Shown: positions 51,933 through 64,000 of the stretch, piece after piece | Layout of the letters: each line of letters opens with the position of its first letter | Position numbering within the stretch: position 1 is the first letter of the stretch | Origin: Trichosphaerium sp. ATCC 40318 | Lineage: Eukaryota > Protista > Tubulinea | Direction of reading: 5' to 3' | Length of the DNA stretch: 64,000 bases | Assembly: GCA_038496445.1 (NCBI GenBank) | Contig: JALMLS010000211.1 | Span: 99,106 to 163,105, forward strand | The notes under the pieces: generated by a model | What the model was told of the DNA's origin: nothing | What the model saw: only the letters and a program-made list of their open reading frames with translations | The model's database searches: none | Made by a program: the position numbers and the translations under genes

Positions 51933-52716
51933 AAAAAAAAAAAAAAACAAAAAAAACAAAAAAAAAACAAAAAAAACAAAAAAAAAACAAAAAAAATTTT
52001 GTTAGAAAATCCTGCAAAGAGGTTGTTGCAGCCTTTTTGTGTACTTGGTAAACCCAAAACCTGCTGAGTGCTTATGTGGTACTTGCGTATTGTGTCCATT
52101 ATCGAATCCAACAGTTTTCTACACGGCAACTAGAAACCGGACAACTTACTTTGGTGGCAAAAAGCGAGATTGTCACGTGCTCCTAAAATACCACAGAAAC
52201 TTATCAGCGGTTTTTTATTAGCAACCCCAAAGGCTGTCAAAGTTGTAAGTTGGATTTGTTGGTGTAACAATCAACATGTCTACTCGCATAACGTTAGATC
52301 GGTGTACGTAAACAGACAGAATAATGACTGAATTTTATAAGTCATGAATACTAGTGAAATATGGCCACACTCAAATATTCATTCATAGCGAAAGTACGAG
52401 TTCAGCATTTTTTTCACCTTTTTAAGTTAATTTAGCTATCGAAAGTATATGAGACCAGTGTTATCTGTTCAGCAAAATTTTAAAGCCCTGGCGTTACCGC
52501 CTTTAAAGCGGCTCATCAGAATCCCAAACATCTCGCAACATTTTTGTTGTGAGTTCATTCAATTGTATTGACTTGATGCTTATTGAGCTGCGGCAAAGTA
52601 GAGGTAGTTTCGAAGAGTGGTTATTTAACCAAATGAACGATTATTGTACATTGTGTACCACTATGATCCACTATGGCTAACAATCCTTTTTTCATTCACA
52701 TCCATTGTTATACATA

Positions 52717-54165
52717 ATGAGTACAGACAACAAATTACTACCCTTTCGTTTCTTTTTGTATTGCTTTCATTTCAGGGTACCTACAATACCTTCCTGCGTA
52801 ACCTTCTGCCATTAAGTTCCTTAAAAAATACAACTAGCGTTTGCTTTGGAGCTGAACGAATGGGGTGATTTGCGCACCTTGGGTCTGGAACAAGTACTGG
52901 ATAATACGAAAGAACAGATTCGTGATCCGGTCATTGCTAGTGGTACCATACCCAGTAAAGGAGATGTTGTCTGTTTAGCTGTTCGTATCGCTGGTATTGT
53001 AGATACATTGAAAATAAGCGGGTTTGCTGTCATGATGGGTACACTCGAAGGCAAGTCACATGTTTTTGTAAAATAATCACGTGCTGACAATTAACGTATT
53101 TTCTTAGAAATTTCTGGTGGAACTGCAAGTGTCCATAGAGTGGCAGTACCAGTGGAGTATTTACAGATTGTCTATGGAAATGATGAGTTCGCTGTGTTAA
53201 CTCGAGATACAGTCGGTCCTTCAAAATTTACCATGTACCTACGATTTATTGGGTACAACGGAGGCGTACGTACTATATATATCAATGCTATGGGTATCTA
53301 ACATTTATATGTATAGTTAACAATTTCAGAGCCTCTTAAAATACATACCAGCAGCGCCAGTTTCGATGCAGGTTTGGGTTTCACCTTCGCTAGACGTATG
53401 TTTCGAAAAACAAAGTAACATTTATGGACAGTACCCTGATAATAACCTGATACTGTAGCTACAAATACGTACATGATTGTGAGACCAGGATTATACCCTA
53501 CCTTTGTGAATGAAGACAAACAAGTTCGAAAGATGGATACTAACTGTACGTTCAAACAACAGTACTTTTGCCTCACATTCGTTTAGTAATTCAAACACCA
53601 AGCTTTCCTGTAAGAGATACTACAGCAATTGCCATGGATGAATGCTTCCTTTTTATTTTTAAAAGAAGTGCAAATGGTGACATCGAAACACAGTCTATCA
53701 CCTCTCCCTACACTGAGGTAAACAGAAAGCAAAACAAAACATTTCAAATGAGTAACATCCTACTAGTTGATGAAGTATACTGCTTATAGAGGCTCCACCA
53801 CTCGGTTCTTTGATAGTGTAGCATACGACCCAGTTTCCAATCACGCAGGAGTATTTTTATTCACAGGCTTTGCTGGAGATAAAACTCTGAGAATTCAACA
53901 ACTATCATTAGATTGTACAAACTCAGGATCGGTACCAGTAGTTGTTCACAACGATATTTTATCAACAAAAATTGAAATTGATACATATACAAGAACCGTT
54001 GCAATAGCTCCCTCTTCGCATGAAAGCAAAGCATTTATTGCAGCTGTGATAAGAACGGCGAACCGTGATAGAAAGACAGTTCTCTATTCCATAAGTCGCA
54101 ATGTAATCGAACAACTAATAAACTGTTTTTTTCGTGTTGTATTAATTAGTATGAAAACCAGATAG
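52717..54165 (+). pseudogene. Truncated, frameshifted tandem paralog of the 54785-56609 surface protein
   Basis: Same exons and introns as the downstream copy. The homologous ATG is out of frame with the signal peptide, and similarity stops at about 54100, before the stalk and anchor. Confidence 0.7.
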
Positions 54166-54784
54166 AGGTACTATCTATTCGCTAAGTGCTACGATCACAA
54201 ACTAAGTTGAGTCAAGATGCACTGACTAGGTAATAAAAACATCACGTGTTTCACTACATGAAGTGTTTTTGAGATCACATTTATTGAATTAATGGCAAAA
54301 ACTGTCACTATGACAAATCTCGGCATTTTTGAGAGAAATCTACCGCTAATGCTAAAAGTGCTTAAAAAGGTAAACTTTCTTTGTTAGAGTTCATAAGTGA
54401 GATCATAAAAGCACTAAATCGCTAAGCACTGTAATGCGTCCATAGCCTCCAGATATAGGCTTTATCAACCACAGAAAGTAATTTTACACCAAAATAGCCG
54501 CAATAAATTTTCTCAGTAAACTACTTTAACCCAGTGTGGACTAATTCTGGTTCTTTGTGACATAAACACAATGATATTCCCTGGCAGATACGTGCTGAAA
54601 ACATTACGATTACTATGGTAAACCACAACTTACTAGTCTGCAGGTTAGTTGAAAAGAGGATACAAGTGAACAAACTGAAGAGGTTCTTTGAGTTGTTGCC
54701 TTGTAAAGGACATAAATACTAGGCGCACTATGATCCACTATGGTTAACAATCCTTTTTTCCTATTCACACACCTTCATTGTACG

Positions 54785-56609
54785 ATGAATACAACATATC
54801 ACACCACTACGCTATTGTTTCTTTTTGCATTGCTTTCATTTCAATGTACCTTCAATACCTTCTTGCGTAACCTATTAATTACAACTAGCGCTTGCTTTGG
54901 AGCTTAACGAATGGAGCGATTTGCGTACATTGGGTCTGGAACAAGTACTGGAGAGCATGGATGAAGAGCTACACGATCCGGTCATCACTAGTGGTACCAT
55001 ACCCGGCAAAGGAGATGTTGTCTGTTTAGCTGTTCGCATCGGTATTAATACTGTGGATGGATATTTAAAGCTAACTGGTTTTGCTGTTATGATGGGTACA
55101 CTCGAAGGCAAGTCAAGTGTTTTTCTTAATATTCACGTGCTGATAATTAACGTATTTCTTAGAAATTTCTGGTAGAACTGCAAGTGTCCATAGAGTATCA
55201 GTACCCGTGGCTTACTTGCAGATTGTATACGGAAATGATGAGTTTGCTGTGTTAACTCGAGACGCGCTTGGTCGCGATAACTATACCATGTACCTACGAT
55301 TTATTGGATACAACGGAGGCGTACGTACTGTATATCAATATCGTTATCTAATGTTCACTAGCTAACGGTTTCAGAGCCTCTTGAACTACTTAGGGATAGC
55401 ACATGGTTTGATGCAGATTATGGTTTCTCCTTCGCTAGGAGTGCGTTTCGTTATACACAGTTACATGTATTGATAATTACCTGATACTTTAGCTACAAAT
55501 ACGTATATGATTGTGACACCAGGATTGTACCCTATCTTTGTGAATGAAGACAAACAAGTTCGAAAGATGGATACTAACTGTGCGTTTAAAGAGCACTAAA
55601 TACTGAAATACTAACCTCTTTTTAGTTAGTAACGCAGGATACAAAAGATATACTACAGCAGTTGCCATGGATGAATGCTTCCTTTTCTTTTATCGTACAT
55701 TCAGCGATACTGACATCTATACGCAGTATATCACTTCTCCCTATACCGAGGTAAACAGAAACAAAAGAGTTCAAATGAGAAAGTTGGGTTTTCTTACTTT
55801 TCAACTAGATATTGAGTACTGTGTCTGCCGGAAGAACTGCCTCGTTCTTAAAAAGTACAGCATACTCTCCGGTAACCAAACATGCAGCAGTGTTTCTATA
55901 CACAAAACACAGTAAATCTCTGTTACTTCAACGTCTATCATTGGATTGTACAAACCCGGGACGACTAAAAGTTCACTACAATTCTCTCTCACAACACTTT
56001 GCAATTGATCTAAATTCAAATAATGTGGTTATGGCTCCTTCTTCGCATGAGAAACTAGACTTTGTTGCATCTGTGATAAGAACATATCGTACTAGAAGGA
56101 CAGTTCTTAATTCCATAACAAGTAACAACAACGTGATTACAAATATTTTACCAAATGAACCGTATCAACCTGTAACTCAGGATGTAGCATGGATATCCCG
56201 TGATGGAACAAGATGTGGTATTGGCGTTGTACGTGCCATGGAATAGCAAGTATTTATTTAACCACCATTTAAGGTCGTGACACAAGGACAAAAGACAGTT
56301 TCCATTTTTTTCGCTGATGAACAATATCTATGTCCTCCTCCACCTCCTTCAACGTCGTCGCCTATCTCTGCTTCAACAGGTGCACCTTTTGTATCTCCAT
56401 CAAACGTGCTATCGCCGGATGCAGTTCAAACACGTTCGCCATCAGTACAACCAAATGTGAGTAACTCGCCAATTGATTCAAGTGTTCCAAGTGAAGAACC
56501 TACAACAAACGACACTCCAACATCAACTGCAGTTATATTGGAAACCAAAATAAGTTTGATTCTCCTCTCAGTATGTTTGATAATATGTCTTTTACTACAA
56601 GCAATGTAA
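54785..56609 (+). CDS. Cell-surface protein: signal peptide, beta-rich ectodomain, Pro/Ser/Thr stalk, C-terminal hydrophobic anchor
   Basis: MNTTYHTTTLLFLFALLSFQ/SLALELNEW...CPPPPPSTSSP...ISLILLSVCLIICLLLQAM*. Confidence 0.75.
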
Positions 56610-57090
56610 TCAAACAACCAATAAAAAACTGTTTGTTTTCCAGTTGATATATTTTGCAAACCATCTCGTTTTAAAAAGGTAACAATTGCAGGATGCACGC
56701 TATAGGTAAACTCTCCGATTGCGGCTACTATTTCTAGTTTTTATACGAGGAGTGTGAACACCGTACATTACAATAAATACAGAAAACAACAGCAATAAAA
56801 TCATTAATTGGTTTAATTCTCTTTTTTTTCTTAAATTAATTACATTATACAACTAAGCGTAAAAAGCATGATCAGGCGCACTATCTACATTAAACAAAAA
56901 AGAGCAAGAAGAAGAGGGAAGGAATTAATAAGCCAAAAACCCCAACTCTCAACCCCTCTCACCCTTTACAAAGTGCACCACACACATGTAATTTTAGACC
57001 TTACACGGAGCTCCACGCTAAGAGATTCTTCTTTTGTTGGTTCTCAAAATCAAAAGAAAAATCAACTGTTTTCATCTTCATCCCATAGAT

Positions 57091-60000
57091 CTATCTAAGG
57101 ATCGAGTTCTTGACTATTTTTGTTCACCACTAAACAAAAAAAAAATTAGCAACATGTTTTTTAGTTCAAACAGTCTTACACTTATTCCTACGACCTCTAG
57201 GAGACATATGCCTTCTTGGTGATACTGCAGGTACTTCTTCTTTAGCTTTAACAACCTTAATAGGCTCAGGTTTCACCACAGGTGGAGCACTACCATTGGC
57301 TGAAAAAGTAACAGATTTTGTTCTTTCAGATAAAGGCTGAGCATGTCCCAAAGGTGCCGCAACGCTTACTTGAGAATCTGATCCGGCTTGAGGTGGGAGA
57401 CTAGCTGTAGAAGATGTATTCGAAGCCTCTGAAGGAGTAGAATGTGAAGAATGTGTTGACAAACTATGAAGTCCTCCAGCAGCTGCTGTTGTTCTTTGAA
57501 TCTGTTTCGGTTTATCCTTTCCGCTTGATAGGTTCTTCATACGCATCATTTGCTGCGCTTTTGACTTTGGTTTGTTTCCAAGAATCTCGTTAAGTTCTTC
57601 AATCTTTGAATTAGATCCTATAGGCTCTACATTACCCTTTTTGGCTTCTTCAATGTATTGTTCAATATCTTCTTCGCTCAAAAGTTCTTCGATTGCACGA
57701 AGTTTTTCTTGCAAAGTAAACTGCTCCTGCAAGCGACGACGCTCTTCCGCTTCATATTCAGCAAGTTTTTCAAGCGTTTTAACACGTTCATGGAGTTTAT
57801 CATTTTTTTCCTTCAGTAGCTCGTTTTGGCGATATAGCACTTTATTTACTTCTAGAGCTTCTTTAATAGCCTCTTCTGTACGCTCAGATCGCCTATAAAC
57901 AAAATAAGACCTCTAGGAAGAAGAAAAAAAATAATCCAATAAAAGGTATTGGACAGTATCGGAAGATAAAATTAATCTCGTTGCATACTGTTTGTAAAAT
58001 TCCATTCTTTGATTTTGTTGATCATCAGTAAGGTCAGATATACGTAGCACTGTCTCATCAAAGTCAACTTTAACACCATCAAGCACACTCAGCTCCTTAG
58101 CCATCGTCAGAAGCGTTTAAATAGAAAAAAAAAAAGCAAACAACAAAATGGTTTTTGTAGACTAGAAATTCGCTTGTGCTTCGAAGTGCATGCTTCATAC
58201 AAAGCTAACGCCGTCGTTGCTACAAAAAAAGAACCCGCAAACGTACATTTTTCACCAAATGTCGTAGACGTGATACTTCGTTTTGAATGGTACCAATAGG
58301 ATTCTTCTTCATAGACAGTACTTCAATCTTAATCTTAAAAATGTAGAGATACAATAGAAGAGCTTCAGGTGTTTCGCCTACGCGTAGATGAGTAAAAAAA
58401 ATTATAGATTATCAGCATTTTGTTGCTTTTATGTCGTCTTACCTTCTACAATAGCATCTGGACTCAATAATGGAGGAATATCTAAGTACTTTTCGGCTAA
58501 CTGAAACACTGTTGCAAGTAATCTCTTTTTATCAGTCTACAAATTAAAAACAATTAGTTAAAGAGCCTCTCCACAAATAAAACAATAAAAGGAAAGGAAG
58601 AAAAAACCGTTACCATTTCAAATTGATCCAAATCTACAAGTTTGTGATCAACAGCATGTAGCAACGCCAAGAAGGGTACGCCATTTGAAAAACTAAGCCA
58701 CCAGGGTCAGAGCCAATAATAAAAGAAACACAAAACAAAAAAAGAACAGAAACAACGACGCACCTGTTCAATCCAGTAATCTTAACGTGAGAGTATGAAC
58801 GAAGTTGGTGACGAACCCAAGCCAATACGTCATCTCGTATCTCAGTAAAGTTCTCTAAGGTAAAAATGAGTAAGCAGACAAAAAAGAAAAAAAAAATGTC
58901 GATAGAGGGATACCAAGTGTGAATTAATAAATAATTAAATATAAAATACGATACGCATACTAGAAAGTTTGTCACGGTACAGCAAGAAGGATAACGAGCG
59001 CTAACGCGATTTAAAAAATATGAAAATTGTTTAACCGTATTCTTTCTTGCTGTAACGTTTACAAAACGGCGTTCGTTGGTAAGCGCTACTACTGCAGTGG
59101 CGCTTGCCTTACTAAACACCAAAATTACCTATTTCATATACATAGTTCATATCCTTTCGTATACCAGTGTAGCGCGGACTCAGAGCGCCTGAATACCGCG
59201 GAGATGTAGATAAACCAGCTACTGTTAACGAGCGTTCCCGATTACCGTATCGATTCTTCCTCGAGCCTTTGCGTATGTTACTCACCGCGAATATAAAGTA
59301 AACTGCTTTTGAAGCAGCGAAAAAAGTCAAAAATAGTTTGACCGCCACTTAAGCTTAGAAGCTACAAAAAAATACACGAAGGCAATTGGTAGGCAATACA
59401 TACACAAATAACATACGAAAACCAAAAAAAAAAAAATTCAAAAATTGAAAACCGCTACGAACATAGCCGAAAGCACAGCTCTATAGTTCTGCTTGGCTAA
59501 AATGCAACTAGAAAATATTATGTACCAGTCATCGAGCCTGGAGGCGGAGGAGATATTTCAGCATGTTTGAAGCCAAATCGTGGCGACTCGCTACCAGACG
59601 TCTACACAAGTAAGCATCATAGTCATAACGGTGTATATAGCAACGTACGATGGATTTATCAGAACCAGACCTTACCATATCAACATCTCCATCAGACGAA
59701 TTGGTAGAATCCTGTGTGCCTCTACGCAACTACTCAAAGAATAAACAAAACCATTAAATATTGTGGTACAAAAAATAAATTGTTTTTCAAAAAAAGAAGA
59801 AAAGTATGTTCCAAATTTTGACGTACTCTGCCTCTTGGTTTTGATGATTTATCCTTTCTCAACCGTTTTGCCCTGCGTACTACTCTAATCTCATTGCTCT
59901 TTTTAATCTCATTAGCACCTCTATGTCCTCTTGGAGTTTTTTGTCTCTTATTCTGTTTGTTTTCATTCTCAATGTACGCACGCTAAAAAACACGATGTCA

Positions 60001-60911
60001 AAACACAAATGAAAATAAAACCAATATTTAAAGGTTCTAAAGCAAACTAAACATACCAAAAAATGAGCACGCCAAGCCGAAGAAGCGCCATGGTTACTTG
60101 CGAGAGCAAGCTCCTATTATAAGTGTCAAAGACTGCACAAAAACAAAAACATTACAAATAAGGCAAAAAAAAAACAACAAAACATCTAAATAAGCGTTGA
60201 TTTCCATTCAAGTTGTTGCAAAGGCGTTATGGTAAGTAAATAAAAAAAAATAGTGTTTATTGCTTTTGTCAATAAACCTTCTATGCTCTAAAGGCGTACC
60301 TTGGTGATTGGGAAGTGCTCAAGATATAGTGGATACCAAAAAGAGTCTGAATACAATAATGCGTGCCAATATTTGCAGACACGACTGCAAAGGCATAGGT
60401 GTCGTATATCGAAATATTTGAATACTTTGTACATGACCTACACCCATTTGTAATTAGAAAGACGTTTGCATAATTAGGAATAAACGCATAAAAAGAGCTG
60501 CTAGGCATGTTTAAAGACACATAGCCGTTGCATAAATAAAATTGCTTGACATTGAACGTTTTGGTGTGGTTTTGACGAAAAACATACGTCTTCGGGGAGT
60601 CCATTGCCTGATTTCTTTAGAGAGGCCATTGCCTTTTGAAAGGCGTTGAGCGCGTCCTTTTCGGCAAAGTTGTATAAGGCGCTTTGGTTTTCTATTGCTT
60701 TGAGTTGTTTAACTCGCTTTTTTTCATTTTTTCGTTTTTGGCTCCGATCGGTCAGAGGCACGCCATTCTCGCTAGAATATTGCTTAGAATATTGTTGTCA
60801 CTTGTACACATAAAACAACAATATCTAGAGCCAAACAACGAGGTTTCTAAAATCAGGTCGCAATCGTCTCGAAACGTACTCTAGATCGCTAGATTTTCGC
60901 ACAACGCTCAT
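57091..60911 (-). CDS. F-box + calponin-homology domain + coiled-coil protein, multi-exon
   Basis: F-box: GLPED/VMYKVFKYFDIRHLCLCSRVCKYWHALLYSDSFW. CH: DVLAWVRHQLRSYSHVKITGLN/SFSNGVPFLALLH...FQLAEKYLDIPPLLSP. Then a coiled coil. Linkage into one gene and the 3' end are inferred. Confidence 0.62.
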
Positions 60912-61599
60912 CCTCGCCACTTGTAATAACCTCTTAGTACTTTAAATTTAGGGTGCACTTTTGCAGCTGTATAACTAAGGGTCTACGTATACACTTGGCT
61001 ACTATGCTCCGTGCTGGCGCCAGAGTTGCAAGCACTTTGTAATTCCAACTTAATAAGGTGTATCGAACTAAAGTCCCAAAGTACCATCTAGCTGAACTCG
61101 CAAGTAGGCACGTTAGCACAATTGAGGTCTTGATTTCAAAGCTGTCCATTTTCAAAATCGGACTTACCGCAATATCTAAATGAAATGGCTTTTTATTAGT
61201 GCCATACGCCTAGATATTGGACAAGCTCGGACTCTCTTTCTTTTCGAGAATTCAAACGGAGTGTCATTATTTTTCTTTTGTGCTACGCGTTGTAAGGTTA
61301 CGTATCAACTAGTTTCTGTCATAACGCAATACATTTGTCACAAAATGAGTAAGTTTACCCTTTTGCCTTTTTTTAGTTTTAGCGCTTAGATTATACGAAC
61401 AAACGTCACCTTCATGGTTATGGTATTAGTTAATTACTTAAAACCCTCAGTACTCAAAAGCGCCAGATGATGTTTTACCCTTGCAGTAGTATCACACTGC
61501 GGCAGCTGCGTTCCTGGCATTGTCCTCAGCAAGTCTTATAAGCGTAAAAGAAAAGAGGAAGCAATAAAAAACTGGTTTATTGATTTTTTCAAAAAAATA

Positions 61600-64000
61600 T
61601 CAAAAGCCGGCAGACATGATATTATTCCAAACCTCTATTGATAGTTTTGGGTTTGATACCGAAGCAAATTTTACTGTTAAAGATATAGAATCTGATGAGA
61701 AGAGAGTGAACATGTTATCTTGCCACGTGACTGGTAATACGGGTTTACCATTTTCTCCATCAAGAATCTGAGCATGGATAAAAAAAGCAACGTGAGATGT
61801 TGGGTTTGTAATTGTAACACGTGCTGTAGTTTCACCTTTTGAAGTATTCTCTATAATCATACTAGATGTCAAGGTTATCTTTGGTAGCCCTTCTAGTTCG
61901 TTGAAATCAGAGAATTGAGCACAAGCTGTTTGGTAAAATGTTGATTTTTTCCAATCCAACACATCTCCTTTTGATGATTTCCAATACGTGTTTCTAAACA
62001 TTTGATCTTCCACGTGATATGTCACGTGTATAAAATAGAATTTTATATTTGGGTGTACTTTAGGTAATTCAAATATCTTAAGGGTACCATCGCTGGGTAT
62101 AGAAAGGGAATCTTGCGATTTGGAATCGATAATATTTCCCTCAATATCATAAATTGTAGCAGAAATCTTTGTTGCTGTTTGTACAGTATACAAAGAGTTT
62201 ACTGCCCATATTGAATCATCGTAATAGTTATATTGAATATTAACAGGTGTCAACGCTTTCTTAGTACCAAAGTAGGAGCCACTTGGATTCAAGTAGTAAT
62301 CGTACAAATGCCTTAACAAGAGCCGGTTAAGAGGCTTACTGAAAAAAAAAGTGTTTGGTACCATATCATTTCTGGCCAAGCATTGTTAAGCATCCATTGT
62401 ATAACACCAGTTGAATGGTATTTATATTGTGAATATGATTCAAACATTGCACGATGGCCTTCATAAGCAGCGACCTAGAAAAGATTTATTTTTTTCCTTT
62501 TCAAAAAATCCTGAATAACTATCTTGTTTTTGCGTTTGTACCTGTGATCTATACAAGAAAGTCTTCGCTGAGTTGGATTTACCATATCTAGCATCTTGTG
62601 CAGGTGTGAAATACTTCAAAGAACCAAATAACCCTTCTGTATTACCACAGTGGTAATTCCAATATTCGTTCACAGGCCACATTTATCTTGAGGAATAGTA
62701 TCAACTAACGATTCGTATGGCATTGGCGCTCCACCAGGACCACCTATATTTACCAAAAGTTAGTCAACCAATAGAATAAGATGAATTATATGGTAACGCC
62801 TGTACCTTCTGTTAAAAACCCAAAAGCTCCGCCGAGTTTCTTCTCCTCTGCTCCAATGTACCAGTAATCTAACAAAATAATAAATAATGAATCTTTCAGT
62901 ATAATCTGTTGATGCATACCAGGAGGCACCCAAGCGTAAGGTCCAGACATTTTAACACCTGTGGGTCCAGTTATAGGTGATGTTAATGCAGATGCAGAAG
63001 CAAGAGTAGGAAGCACCCAGTTCTGTTCTTTGAAAATTGCAAGATACCTACAGGAAAATCAGTATCGATTGTTCTTTCGCATTGGCTTTATCGCACTCAT
63101 TCTCAACCTTCGATGGTGGGAGTTCATCACTACTATATAGAAATACGAGTATAGATGCGTGGATACGTAATCGTTTGATTTGAGATCGCAAAGAATCACC
63201 AGAAACAGTATACCTTGAATTGTATTAGAAAGGCTCTTGAACACATGTAAAAACGTCAAAATTCCGACTAAACTTCACTTACTGTTCTGGTCCCCAATGG
63301 CTCCAATGTTGCCATGCATCACAGCAACACCATCCAGGCATCAATAATATTCCAAGTGAGTCAGCAAGTTCAAAAAAATAGTCATTTCCAAATTTCCCTT
63401 CAAGACGAATTGCATTGAGATTAAGATCAACAATATACTCAAACTCCTTTCTCATTTTAGCTGGATCCATCCTATAAAATAGATCAGGTGACCAACCAGC
63501 ACCTCGTATGAGTATAGGCTATAACAAAAGAATAGTTTAGATCCGTGATTTTTGTAAAAAACAAGAAGAAATCCGTACCTTGTTGTTTACCTTGTATAAC
63601 CTGTAACCTTCGGATGTCAATTCTGAAGTTGCTTTGCGTATACCGAACTTTACTGTCAAATTATCGCTTTGTGTTGACTCACCAGTAACAGTGAATGATA
63701 TTGATAGATTATGAAGTGTAGGAGAGCCCATTTGTCGAGGCCACCTGTCAAAAAGAAAAGTTTCAGTTGGAGAATATGTTAAAGATTGTTTTACCAAAGT
63801 TCAGGATTTGCCACGTTAAGAGAGCTGAAAGAATCGTTCTTGAAGAAAACAGGTTTTGTTGATAACCCATCAATTGTTACGTCCATTTTTAGCCTACCAA
63901 TACCTTCTACAATAGCATCAACACTACCAGAGATGGCTTGTTTATTGTGATTTGTCAGTTCAACCATGATATTTAGGTGTGCCATTTTCTCTCCATTTGA
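61600..64000 (-). CDS. GH2 exo-beta-D-glucosaminidase (CsxA-like), 5'-partial, multi-exon
   Basis: LIRGAGWSPDLF, LNAIRLEGK, LGILLMPGWCCCDAW, VFLVGSD, GVKMSGPYAWVPP, GGAFGFLTE, WMLNNAW, HLYDYYL, PVTWQDN. Confidence 0.9.

Overview
AT-rich, gene-dense genomic DNA from a microbial eukaryote (a protist, probably an amoeba-like phagotroph; lineage not determinable from this window). It uses the standard genetic code and has many short (about 40-200 nt) spliceosomal introns, so the ORF track mostly shows exon fragments. Gene models here were stitched by eye from GT/GC-AG boundaries and conserved motifs. About 30 genes: Ras-like GTPase (5' partial), stand-alone MLKL-like four-helix-bundle protein, intronless bacterial-type SMI1/KNR4 (SUKH) protein, prolyl-tRNA synthetase, carbon-nitrogen hydrolase, epoxide hydrolase, PA-domain 7TM protein, a head-to-head near-identical pair of Cys-rich secreted proteins, a degenerate mitochondrial AMP-binding protein, TRAPPC2, membrane desaturase, GH38 alpha-mannosidase, DUF4919-like protein, EF-hand protein, Vps32/Snf7, YchF-like ATPase, a C2-Rab fusion, a C-type-lectin surface protein, a tandem surface-protein pair, an F-box/CH-domain protein and a GH2 exo-beta-glucosaminidase (5' partial). 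The best candidate for an undescribed system is a dispersed family of F-box + MORN2 (YwqK-like) repeat genes. There are three copies with different repeat numbers plus decayed fragments, and one copy is split in frame by a 2.7-kb Mutator-like transposon with an 8-bp target-site duplication. They occur in the same window as a SUKH immunity-domain gene and an MLKL-like death-effector gene, which suggests (inference only) a fast-turnover intracellular defence repertoire. Window-wide signals: strong over-representation of CACGTG, frequent GC-AG introns, and common GTACGT-type 5' splice sites.
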